The notes under the pieces were generated by a model, which ran no database searches, was not told the DNA's origin, and was given only the letters and a program-made list of their open reading frames with translations. 40,908 nucleotides of DNA from Bacteroidales bacterium (GTDB taxonomy: Bacteria; Bacteroidota; Bacteroidia; Bacteroidales; VadinHA17): the NCBI GenBank assembly GCA_016936695.1, contig JAFGXK010000248.1:1-40908 (forward strand), in the 5' to 3' direction. Shown in pieces: positions 23,840 through 32,821 of this stretch (positions within the stretch are counted from its first letter, which is position 1; each line of letters opens with the position of its first letter). Position numbers and translations under genes: made by a program.

Positions 23840-25792
23840 ATGAGTTACATTAAGTTCGAAAAGGGTCAGATTGTAAACCTCGAGTTCTCACTTTCGAGGG
23901 AGGTCATCAGAACCAACCGTGCTGGTTCATATTCCTCAACCACAATTGTCGGGTGTAATACCAGGAAATACCACGGCCTTCTTGTTTGCCCGATTGATGC
24001 ATTCGGCGGGGAGAGGCATGTGCTGCTCTCATCGATGGATGCGACAGTTGTTAATCACGACAAGAGTTTTAATACTGGGATCAGGAAATACAGGGGTGAT
24101 TACTACAGCCCAAAGGGGCACAAATATATAGAGGAGCTCGAGATGGAAGGAATTCCCTCGAGAATTTACAGGGTTGGGGGTGTCAGGCTTAAGCACGAAA
24201 GACTTCTTACTCATTATGAGGAACAATACATGGCAAGGTTCACTATCCTTGAGGCATCGGAACCCATGAAGCTTCAAATACGTCCATTCCTGGCTTTCAG
24301 GAATATACATGAGCTTACCCATGCAAATCTTGCAGCCAACACCAAAGTTGAGTTCATACCCAACGGAATAAAAATGAAGCTTTATGAAGGATTCCCCTTC
24401 CTTCACATGCAATTCTCAACAAATGCCGAATTTGTTCACGTACCAGACTGGTATCTGGGTGTGGAGTATATCGAGGAACAGAAAAGAGGCTATGACTATT
24501 CCGAGGATCTTTTTGCCCCGGGGTTCTTTGAAGTAGAGGCCAGTGAGGGGGATGTAATTGTTTTCTCGGCTTCAACAAAGGAAGAGAAGCCATCTGGTTT
24601 CAAAACCAAGTTCACCAGGACTGTCAGCGGGAAGATCCCGAGAAGCAATTTCTCAAACTGTTTGAGAAATGCTGCCCAGCAGTTTATCGAAAGTCGTCAT
24701 GGCAAAACACTTGTGATTGCAGGGTATCCCTGGTTCGGATCATGGGGAAGGGATACATTTATCGCACTTCCCGGTCTGGCAACTGCCAGGCCTGCAAAAA
24801 AGCTTCATCTCTACCGTGAAGTACTCGATACCCAGGTTGGGAGCATGAAGGACGGATTGTTCCCCAATATGGGTAATGCCGACAATCCTGCTTTCAATTC
24901 GGTTGATGCTCCGCTATGGTTCTTCTGGGCTGTGCAGCAGTACCTGGAGAACGGGGGAACAGATGCATGGGAACGTTACGGCGGACCCATGATATCAGTA
25001 CTCAATGCATACCGGTCAGGAACTGGGTTCAATATAGGAATGAGGGAAAACGGACTGATTTATGCAGATGCACCGGGAAAATCGCTTACATGGATGGATG
25101 CCGTAGTCCATGGTGTTCCTATTACGCCAAGGAACGGATATGCGGTGGAAATCAACGCATTGTGGTACAATGCTGTATGTTTTACCCTCGATCTGGCAAG
25201 GCAGAACAAGGAACGGAAGTTCGTAAAGGAATATGAAGAACTTCCAGAACTGATAAACCTTTCCTTCCATGAACTGTTCTGTGATCATGCAAAGGGATAC
25301 CTGGCCGACTATGTCAACGATAAGGAGGGCAAGAACTACTTCGTGAGGCCTAATATGCTAATCGCTGTGTCTCTTCCATATTCGATGCTGTCAAAGGATC
25401 AGATGAAAAGAGTGCTCGACATAACCGACAAGGAGCTGCTTACACCCCGGGGACTGCGTACCCTGTCGCCGGGCAATCCTCTTTACAAGGGAACATATTT
25501 CGGGAGCCAGGAGGAGAGAGACAAAGCCTACCATAACGGGACAGTCTGGCCATGGCTGATCGGGCCATTCTGCGAGGGATGGCTGAAAGTGTACGGCCTG
25601 CAGGGTGTGCAAAGGGTTAAAAAGCTTATATGGGGATTCGAGGAGGTGATGAGTGAACATGGTGTCAGCACTGTCTCCGAGATCCACGACGGCGATCCTC
25701 CTCATGCTCCGAACGGTGCTATTTCGCAGGCATGGAGCGTCGGGGAAATCCTGAGGATTATGGATCTGCTTGAAAACAAATATTCTTTATAA
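23840..25792 (+). CDS. Glycogen debranching enzyme family protein (amylo-alpha-1,6-glucosidase, GDE_N/GDE_C type)
   Basis: The start is moved from the TTG at 23834 to the ATG at 23840. Motifs are NTRKYHGLLV, VIAGYPWFGSWGRDTFIALPGL, WMDAVV, YHNGTVWPWLIGPF and AISQAWSVGE. Confidence 0.8.
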   Translation: MSYIKFEKGQIVNLEFSLSREVIRTNRAGSYSSTTIVGCNTRKYHGLLVCPIDAFGGERHVLLSSMDATVVNHDKSFNTGIRKYRGDYYSPKGHKYIEELEMEGIPSRIYRVGGVRLKHERLLTHYEEQYMARFTILEASEPMKLQIRPFLAFRNIHELTHANLAANTKVEFIPNGIKMKLYEGFPFLHMQFSTNAEFVHVPDWYLGVEYIEEQKRGYDYSEDLFAPGFFEVEASEGDVIVFSASTKEEKPSGFKTKFTRTVSGKIPRSNFSNCLRNAAQQFIESRHGKTLVIAGYPWFGSWGRDTFIALPGLATARPAKKLHLYREVLDTQVGSMKDGLFPNMGNADNPAFNSVDAPLWFFWAVQQYLENGGTDAWERYGGPMISVLNAYRSGTGFNIGMRENGLIYADAPGKSLTWMDAVVHGVPITPRNGYAVEINALWYNAVCFTLDLARQNKERKFVKEYEELPELINLSFHELFCDHAKGYLADYVNDKEGKNYFVRPNMLIAVSLPYSMLSKDQMKRVLDITDKELLTPRGLRTLSPGNPLYKGTYFGSQEERDKAYHNGTVWPWLIGPFCEGWLKVYGLQGVQRVKKLIWGFEEVMSEHGVSTVSEIHDGDPPHAPNGAISQAWSVGEILRIMDLLENKYSL

Positions 25793-25808
25793 TAAAAACA
25801 GGTGTGAT

Positions 25809-27107
25809 ATGCGCGTATTAATGTTCGGTTGGGAGTTTCCGCCACATATTTCGGGCGGGCTGGGTACAGCCAGTTTTGGCCTGACAAAAGGTATGTCGAC
25901 ACTGGAGGACCTGGAGGTGATCTTTGTTGTCCCGAAGTCCTGGGGAGATGAGGATCAGACAAAGGTAAGGCTTATCGGGGCCAACAAGGTGCCTGTTGCA
26001 TTCAAGCAGATTCACTACAAGGGATTCAGGCGCCCCCTTGAACAGATTGAAATATCCTCAAGGATTGTCCCGTATACCGATCCTGAAGAATTCTGGGAAA
26101 GAATAAGCTCAGAGTCCTCAGGATACAAACTCATTGTGCAGACCAACAAGGAAGGCACAATCGATTTTTCGGGAAAATACGGCGGTGAACTGATGGATGA
26201 AATATATAAGTACTCAGTTGTCGCTTCTGTAATAGCCGAAGAAAACGAATTTGACATAATCCATGCCCACGACTGGCTTGCTTATCCTGCGGGAATAGCA
26301 GCTATGGAGGTCTCGGGCAAACCACTGGTAATACATGTCCATGCAACCGATTTTGACCGCAGCGGGGGAAATGTCAACCCCGATGTCTACCGGATTGAAA
26401 AACTCGGAATGGACGCTGCATCCAAGATTGTTACGGTAAGCAATCTAACAAGGGATATTGTTATTAATAAATACAACATTGATCCTGAGAAGGTTGAAAC
26501 TGTATACAATGCTGTGGAGCCGGTCAAGATGGCGCAGGACCCTTCTGTGAAAAAAGGATTTGATGACAAAGTGGTCACTTTCCTTGGGAGGATAACCCTC
26601 CAGAAGGGACCGGAATATTTCATTGAGGCTGCATACAAAGTTCTTAAAGTTATGCCCGACGTAAGATTTGTGATGGCAGGATCGGGAGATATGATGGAAA
26701 GGATGATGCGAAGAGCTGCCGCCCTGAATATTACCGACCGTTTCCACTTTACCGGATTCCTGAAAGGGAAGGATGTGTTTACCATGCTTAAAATGAGTGA
26801 TGTTTACATTATGCCTTCAGTCTCTGAACCCTTCGGAATATCGCCCCTCGAAGCAATGCAGTCGAACGTTCCTGTGATAATCAGCAAACAGTCGGGAGTG
26901 TCGGAAATTCTTACCCACGCAGTTAAAACCGATTTCTGGGATATTGACGCAATGGCTGATGCAATCTACGGGATACTTAATTATCCTGCCCTTTCCAAAA
27001 TGTTCATTAAGAACGGAAAGGAAGAGGTGGTAAGACTGAAATGGGATAATTCGGCAAGGCATGTCAGGGATATTTATTACAGAGTGATTTGGCAAAACAA
27101 GAACTAG
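25809..27107 (+). CDS. Glycosyltransferase family 4 (GT-B, retaining; glycogen-synthase-like)
   Basis: The ATG at 25809 gives MRVLMFGWEFPPHISGGLG. The C-terminal nucleotide-sugar motif is MPSVSEPFGISPLEAMQSNVPVIISKQSG (E-x7-E). Confidence 0.85.
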   Translation: MRVLMFGWEFPPHISGGLGTASFGLTKGMSTLEDLEVIFVVPKSWGDEDQTKVRLIGANKVPVAFKQIHYKGFRRPLEQIEISSRIVPYTDPEEFWERISSESSGYKLIVQTNKEGTIDFSGKYGGELMDEIYKYSVVASVIAEENEFDIIHAHDWLAYPAGIAAMEVSGKPLVIHVHATDFDRSGGNVNPDVYRIEKLGMDAASKIVTVSNLTRDIVINKYNIDPEKVETVYNAVEPVKMAQDPSVKKGFDDKVVTFLGRITLQKGPEYFIEAAYKVLKVMPDVRFVMAGSGDMMERMMRRAAALNITDRFHFTGFLKGKDVFTMLKMSDVYIMPSVSEPFGISPLEAMQSNVPVIISKQSGVSEILTHAVKTDFWDIDAMADAIYGILNYPALSKMFIKNGKEEVVRLKWDNSARHVRDIYYRVIWQNKN

Positions 27108-27109
27108 AT

Positions 27110-28540
27110 ATGAGTTTAACAGGCAAAAAAGCTATATGCTTTTATTTTCAGGTGCATCAGCCTTTCAGGCTAAAAAGATACAGGTTCTTTGACCTGGGGC
27201 ATGATCATTATTATTATGACGATTTCACAAATGAATCGATCATGAGAAAGGTGGCGGATAACTGTTATCTGCCTGCCAACGAGATCATCCTCGACCAGAT
27301 TCTGAAGAACAAGGGGAAATTCAAGGTGACTTACTCGCTGACCGGTCTTGTGATAAAGCAGTTTCAGCTCTATGCCCCGGAAGTCCTCGAATCATTCAGG
27401 AAACTTGCTGAGACGGGAATGGTGGAATTCCTCGCCGAGACCGAATCGCACTCGCTGGTGTCGATAAAAACCCGAAGCGAATTTGAACACCAGGTCAATG
27501 ACCACAGGGAAATGATCAGGGAATTCCTTGGCTATGAGACCACATCTTTCAGGAATACGGAACTTATCTATTCCGATCAGATAGGGTCGTGGGTTGCCGA
27601 CATGGGATTCAAGTCGATGCTTACAGAAGGCGCTAAGCACGTCCTGGGATGGAAAAGTCCCAACTTCCTGTATTGTAATTCGATTAATCCAAGGCTTAAA
27701 GTCCTGCTGAGGAATTTCGTCCTCAGCGATGATATAGCCTTCAGGTTCTCAAACAAGGGATGGGCTGAGTGGCCCCTGACAACCGATAAATATACCGCGT
27801 GGCTTTCCAAAATCGCTTCCAAGAGTGAACTTGTGAATGTTTTCCTTGATTATGAAACCTTCGGGGAACATAATCATAAGGATACAGGTATATTTGACTT
27901 CCTCGAACACCTTCCCTCAGCGATCCTGAAGAAGACACCATACAAATTCATGACTCCTACGGAGGTTGCATCTTACCTGCAGCCGGTTTCAGCAATAAGC
28001 ATTCCATCGCCTATCTCATGGGCCGACGAGGAACGTGACATCACCGCCTGGCACGGTAATGAACTGCAGGTTGCAGCCCTGGAAAAACTTTACAACCTTA
28101 CGGATAAAGTCAACCGCTGCGAGGATATCCAGATTAAAAAAGACTGGAAATACCTCCAGGCAAGTGACCATTTCTACTATATGGCCACAAAGTTCTTCTC
28201 CGACGGTGCCGTGCATGCTTACTTCAACCCTTATGATACACCTTACGACGCTTTTATGAACTATATGAACGTCCTGAGCGATTTCGAGATCAGGGTTAAC
28301 CGTTTTGTCCCTGACAGGGATACCCATACCGAGATTTCAAAACTTAATGATCTTATTAAGGAAAAGGAATCCATTATCGAACAGCAGACGGCACAGATCG
28401 ATGAACTGAGGAAAAAGTCCGGAACCAAAAACAAAACAGCTCCGGCTACCGCTCTTTTCTCAGGAGAAAGGACAAAATCGCTGACCGGCAGGAAGACAAC
28501 TTCAAGGAAAACTTCAGGGAAAAGAAAATCTTCCAGGTAA
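27110..28540 (+). CDS. Glycoside hydrolase family 57 protein with a C-terminal coiled-coil and basic tail
   Basis: The ATG at 27110 lies 2 nt after the GT4 stop. GH57 regions are recognisable: FQVHQPFR, GMVEFLAE, FRNTELIYS (candidate nucleophile Glu) and VFLDYETFGEH (candidate acid/base Asp). The tail reads IEQQTAQIDELRKKSGTKNK...GRKTTSRKTSGKRKSSR. Confidence 0.75.
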   Translation: MSLTGKKAICFYFQVHQPFRLKRYRFFDLGHDHYYYDDFTNESIMRKVADNCYLPANEIILDQILKNKGKFKVTYSLTGLVIKQFQLYAPEVLESFRKLAETGMVEFLAETESHSLVSIKTRSEFEHQVNDHREMIREFLGYETTSFRNTELIYSDQIGSWVADMGFKSMLTEGAKHVLGWKSPNFLYCNSINPRLKVLLRNFVLSDDIAFRFSNKGWAEWPLTTDKYTAWLSKIASKSELVNVFLDYETFGEHNHKDTGIFDFLEHLPSAILKKTPYKFMTPTEVASYLQPVSAISIPSPISWADEERDITAWHGNELQVAALEKLYNLTDKVNRCEDIQIKKDWKYLQASDHFYYMATKFFSDGAVHAYFNPYDTPYDAFMNYMNVLSDFEIRVNRFVPDRDTHTEISKLNDLIKEKESIIEQQTAQIDELRKKSGTKNKTAPATALFSGERTKSLTGRKTTSRKTSGKRKSSR

Positions 28541-28597
28541 TTCTGAGTTATTATCTAAACCAGTAACGAGTAAAAATCAGAACCAATATATTGTATA

Positions 28598-31500
28598 ATG
28601 AATGTTGAACTAATTTTTGAGACCAGTTGGGAAGTATGCAACAAGGTCGGAGGTATTCATACGGTAATTTCAACAAAAGCATTGAATATAAAAAATGAGC
28701 TTGGAGACAATTATATTACCATTGGCCCCGATGTATGGAGAGAAGAAGTCACAAATCCTGAATTTATACCCGATGATTCATTATTCCCTGAATGGATGGC
28801 AGTAGCGGCCACTGAGGGACTCAGAGTAAAGATCGGACGCTGGAACATTGCCGGGAAACCAATAGTTTTTCTGCTTGATTTCACCCCTTACTTCGGACAA
28901 CAGAATGAGATATTTGCAAAGTTCTGGGAAACATATAAACTCGACAGCATAACCGGTCAGTGGGATTATGTTGAACCTGCACTGTTCGGATATGCTGCGG
29001 GAAAAGTCATTGAAAGCTTTACATCATACTATCACGAGCGTCATAATATCATTGCTCAGTTTCACGAATGGATGACCGGGACCGGGATTCTGTATCTCGA
29101 AAAATACGCTCCATGGATTGCCACGGCATTCACAACCCATGCAACTGTACTGGGACGATCAATTGCCGGAAACAGCAGACCTCTTTACGGGAAACTTAAA
29201 GATTACAACCCCGTTCAGATATCCAGGGAATTCAACGTGGTAGCAAAACAATCGCTTGAAAAGATTTCAGCTGCCGAGGCAGATGTCTTTACTACCGTGA
29301 GCGAAATCACTGCCAAAGAGTGTGCTTATTTCCTGGGCAAGAATGTAGACCTGGTTACCCCTAACGGTTTTGAAGATTCCTTTGTCCCTCCGCCGGAAGA
29401 ATTCGGGAAGAAACAGCAGGCGGCCAGGGATAAACTGAGGAGTGTCGCGGAGGCTGTTCTCGGCTATAAGCTGAAAGATGACTGCACGTTCATTGCAAAC
29501 AGCGGAAGATATGAATTCCGTAACAAGGGCGTCGATATTCTAATCGATTCACTTGGGGAACTGAACAAAGAGGAAAGCCTCGCACGTGAATGCGTGGCTT
29601 TTATCCTGATGCCTGCCTATCACAAAGGGCCCCGCCAGGATCTGATCGACATTCTCTATCATAATGGCCCGGTTAACGGCATTGACCGCTACCTTACACA
29701 TTGTTTGCATTATCCTTCAAGCGATCCGGTGCTTCACCGCATCGCTCAAAACGGACTAACCAATGACCGGAATGAAAAGGTTAAGATAGTTTTTGTGCCA
29801 TCATATCTCAACGGGAACGACGGAATCTTTAACCTCGCCTATTATGATCTTCTCATAGGATTCGACCTGTCGGTATTCCCTTCATACTACGAACCCTGGG
29901 GTTATACCCCGCTCGAAAGCCTTATGTTCTCCATTCCTACTGTAACCACCTCGCTGTCGGGGTTCGGCCTATGGGTTAAAGAATACTTCAGGGACCACGG
30001 TAACGGAATTGCAGTCATCGAAAGGACTGATGACAATGAAAAGAGTGTGGTCAGCGAGATGAGGGATTTTATAAAAAAATATGTAGGCCTTTCGGAAGCA
30101 GAGATCAGGGAAGCAAGGTTCAAGGCTCATGAGATCTCAAGGATTGCAATGTGGGACAACCTGGTAAAACACTATTTTGAGGCTTATGAAATAGCTCTGG
30201 AACAGAGCAGTATGAGGAGAGATGAACCAAGAGAGTTTACTCAGTTTGTTGAGGCCCCCGGCAGGGAAATAAGGAAACCTCATCAGATACCGGTCTGGAA
30301 GGATATTTATGTGCAAAGCGACGTTCCCGACAAGCTTTCATCGCTCAAGGAACTCGCCAACAACCTTTGGTGGTCGTGGAACACCGAAGCTGAATCACTT
30401 TTCAGGAGAATGGATCCTTCCCTCTGGGAAAAGGTGAAGCATAACCCGAAACTACTTCTCGAGAAGATCGACTATAAACGACTCCTGGTTCTTGAGGATG
30501 ACGAGGATTTTATCGCAGATCTTGAGAATGTAATGAAGGCTTTCAGGGATTATATCAACAGACCGCAGGATAATGAAAAACCATCAGTCGCCTACTTCAG
30601 CATGGAGTTTGGAATACATCCCTGCCTGAAAATCTACTCAGGAGGTCTTGGTATTCTTGCAGGCGATTACCTCAAGGAAGCAAGCGATTCCAATGTCCAC
30701 ATAACGGGTATAGGACTTCTCTACAGGTTCGGTTATTTCAAGCAAAAGCTTGGACTTAAGGGAGAACAGCTTACCATTTATGAAGCTGAGGAATTTTCGC
30801 GGCTGCCTATTAATCCGGTGAAGGATGCTGAGGGAAAACAGCGGACGGTAAACATCGTCTGGCCGGGAAGAACTGTGAAGATCCGGATATGGGAAGCAAA
30901 AATAGGTAAAGTGCCGCTCCTGCTTCTTGATACCGATTTTGAGGATAACCTGCCTGAAGACCGCTCAATAACACATTACCTGTATGGAGGGGATCATGAG
31001 AACAGGCTTAAACAGGAACTTATCCTTGGCATAGGAGGCATAAGAGCCCTTAACGAATTGGGGATCAAACCCGATCTTTATCATAGCAACGAAGGCCATT
31101 CGGCATTCATCAGCCTTGAAAGGATACGCTTACTTATTCAGGATTACCATCTTACTTTCGATCAGGCCATCGAGGTAATCAGACCGTCCACCCTGTTCAC
31201 AACACATACACCGGTTCCTGCAGGACATGACGCCTTCGAGGAAGATCTTCTGAGAAAATATATTTCCCATTATCATACCAGACTTAACATTGACTGGGAT
31301 GAGCTAATGGATCTTGGCCGCTGCCCGGGGGATGCCGACAGGAAATTCAACATGAGTTTCCTGGCTACCCATATGTCGCAGGAGCTGAATGGCGTGAGCA
31401 AGCTTCACGGAGAGGTTACTCAGGGGCTCTTTAATAAACTCTGGCCCGGTTACCTGAAAGAGGAACTTTTTATCGGATATGTCACAAACGGTGTTCATTA

Positions 31501-32821
31501 TCCTACATGGATTGCCCCGGAGTGGCAGGAGGTTTATAAAAAGCTTCTTGGGACCGCCAATTTCGACCAGACCGACAGAAGCCTGTGGGAAAAGCTGTAT
31601 TCACTTGACGATAAGAAGGTGTACGAAGTCAAGACTGACCTGAAAAGGAAACTCTTCGTGAATATCCGCAAGAGACTGCAGTCAGATATGCTCGACAAGC
31701 ATGTCAGCCCGCGCACACTGCTTAATATAAGCACTCATTTGAACGATAAGGCCCTTACGATCGGATTTGCGCGAAGGTTTGCAACCTATAAAAGGGCTTC
31801 ATTACTTTTCAGGGATCTCGACCGGCTTTCGCGGATCGTCAATGATCCTGACAGACCGGTGCAATTCATTTATGCCGGGAAAGCTCATCCACATGATGGC
31901 GGAGGCCAGGATCTCATTAAACGAATAGTTGAGATATCACAGATGCCGCAGTTTACCGGCAAGGTGATCTTCCTTGAGAACTACGACATAGAACTGGCAA
32001 AGCAGCTGGTCAGGGGGGTTGACATCTGGCTTAATACCCCGACAAGACCCCTTGAAGCATCAGGTACCAGCGGAGAAAAAGCCGTAATGAATGGTACAAT
32101 ACATTTCAGCGTCCTCGACGGATGGTGGGTAGAAGGTTACCGTGCCTATGCCGGATGGGCCCTTCCCAAAAAGAAATCTTTCACTAACCAGGATCTTCAG
32201 GACGACGTCGATGCTGAAACAATCTATAATATGCTGGAATATGAAATCATACCTGCATATTATTCTTCTGATGACAACGGTGTGCCGGTTGAATGGATTA
32301 GCCATATCAAGAATACCATGGTGAAGATCGCCCCGGAATTTACCATGCGCAGGATGCTGGATGACTACATCGAAAGGTATTACATGAAACTGTGGCCGAG
32401 AAGTAAATATTTCAATGCCAACTACTTTGAAAAAGCCAAGGAAATGGCTTACTGGAAAGACACCATGAGACAGGAGTGGGATAATATTGAAGTCCTGAAT
32501 TACAGCTTCGAACAGCCTCATGAAAATGTATATCATTCAGGCCATGATTACCGGGCGGAAATTGCTCTGGATATCAAGAAAATCCCAAAGGAAAACGTTG
32601 GCGTCGAATTCGTTTTCACCCATCTTAACAAGAATGGAGAATATGAATTTGTTGACAGCCAGGAGTTCAAACTGGTAAGCAATAAGAACGGGAAATGTCT
32701 TTACAGGGCAAACCTGGTGCCGGAAAAAGCGGGCACCTTCTTTTATGGAATAAGGATATATCCCAGGCATATAGATCTTCCGCATAAACAGGATTTCTAC
32801 CTGCTCAGGTGGATTGACTAG
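28598..32821 (+). CDS. Fusion protein: N-terminal GT3 (eukaryote-type) glycogen synthase plus C-terminal GT35 alpha-glucan phosphorylase
   Basis: A single 1407-aa ORF. The N-terminal part (about 28598-30200) reads FETSWEVCNKVGGIHTVISTKA ... FHEWMTG ... FPSYYEPWGYTPLES. The linker is about 30200-30290. The C-terminal part starts with LANNLWWSWN (DUF3417-type) and continues YFSMEFG ... SGGLGILAGD ... HSNEGHSAF ... EASGTSGEKAVMNG, with the putative PLP Lys codon at 32078-32080. Confidence 0.88.
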   Translation: MNVELIFETSWEVCNKVGGIHTVISTKALNIKNELGDNYITIGPDVWREEVTNPEFIPDDSLFPEWMAVAATEGLRVKIGRWNIAGKPIVFLLDFTPYFGQQNEIFAKFWETYKLDSITGQWDYVEPALFGYAAGKVIESFTSYYHERHNIIAQFHEWMTGTGILYLEKYAPWIATAFTTHATVLGRSIAGNSRPLYGKLKDYNPVQISREFNVVAKQSLEKISAAEADVFTTVSEITAKECAYFLGKNVDLVTPNGFEDSFVPPPEEFGKKQQAARDKLRSVAEAVLGYKLKDDCTFIANSGRYEFRNKGVDILIDSLGELNKEESLARECVAFILMPAYHKGPRQDLIDILYHNGPVNGIDRYLTHCLHYPSSDPVLHRIAQNGLTNDRNEKVKIVFVPSYLNGNDGIFNLAYYDLLIGFDLSVFPSYYEPWGYTPLESLMFSIPTVTTSLSGFGLWVKEYFRDHGNGIAVIERTDDNEKSVVSEMRDFIKKYVGLSEAEIREARFKAHEISRIAMWDNLVKHYFEAYEIALEQSSMRRDEPREFTQFVEAPGREIRKPHQIPVWKDIYVQSDVPDKLSSLKELANNLWWSWNTEAESLFRRMDPSLWEKVKHNPKLLLEKIDYKRLLVLEDDEDFIADLENVMKAFRDYINRPQDNEKPSVAYFSMEFGIHPCLKIYSGGLGILAGDYLKEASDSNVHITGIGLLYRFGYFKQKLGLKGEQLTIYEAEEFSRLPINPVKDAEGKQRTVNIVWPGRTVKIRIWEAKIGKVPLLLLDTDFEDNLPEDRSITHYLYGGDHENRLKQELILGIGGIRALNELGIKPDLYHSNEGHSAFISLERIRLLIQDYHLTFDQAIEVIRPSTLFTTHTPVPAGHDAFEEDLLRKYISHYHTRLNIDWDELMDLGRCPGDADRKFNMSFLATHMSQELNGVSKLHGEVTQGLFNKLWPGYLKEELFIGYVTNGVHYPTWIAPEWQEVYKKLLGTANFDQTDRSLWEKLYSLDDKKVYEVKTDLKRKLFVNIRKRLQSDMLDKHVSPRTLLNISTHLNDKALTIGFARRFATYKRASLLFRDLDRLSRIVNDPDRPVQFIYAGKAHPHDGGGQDLIKRIVEISQMPQFTGKVIFLENYDIELAKQLVRGVDIWLNTPTRPLEASGTSGEKAVMNGTIHFSVLDGWWVEGYRAYAGWALPKKKSFTNQDLQDDVDAETIYNMLEYEIIPAYYSSDDNGVPVEWISHIKNTMVKIAPEFTMRRMLDDYIERYYMKLWPRSKYFNANYFEKAKEMAYWKDTMRQEWDNIEVLNYSFEQPHENVYHSGHDYRAEIALDIKKIPKENVGVEFVFTHLNKNGEYEFVDSQEFKLVSNKNGKCLYRANLVPEKAGTFFYGIRIYPRHIDLPHKQDFYLLRWID

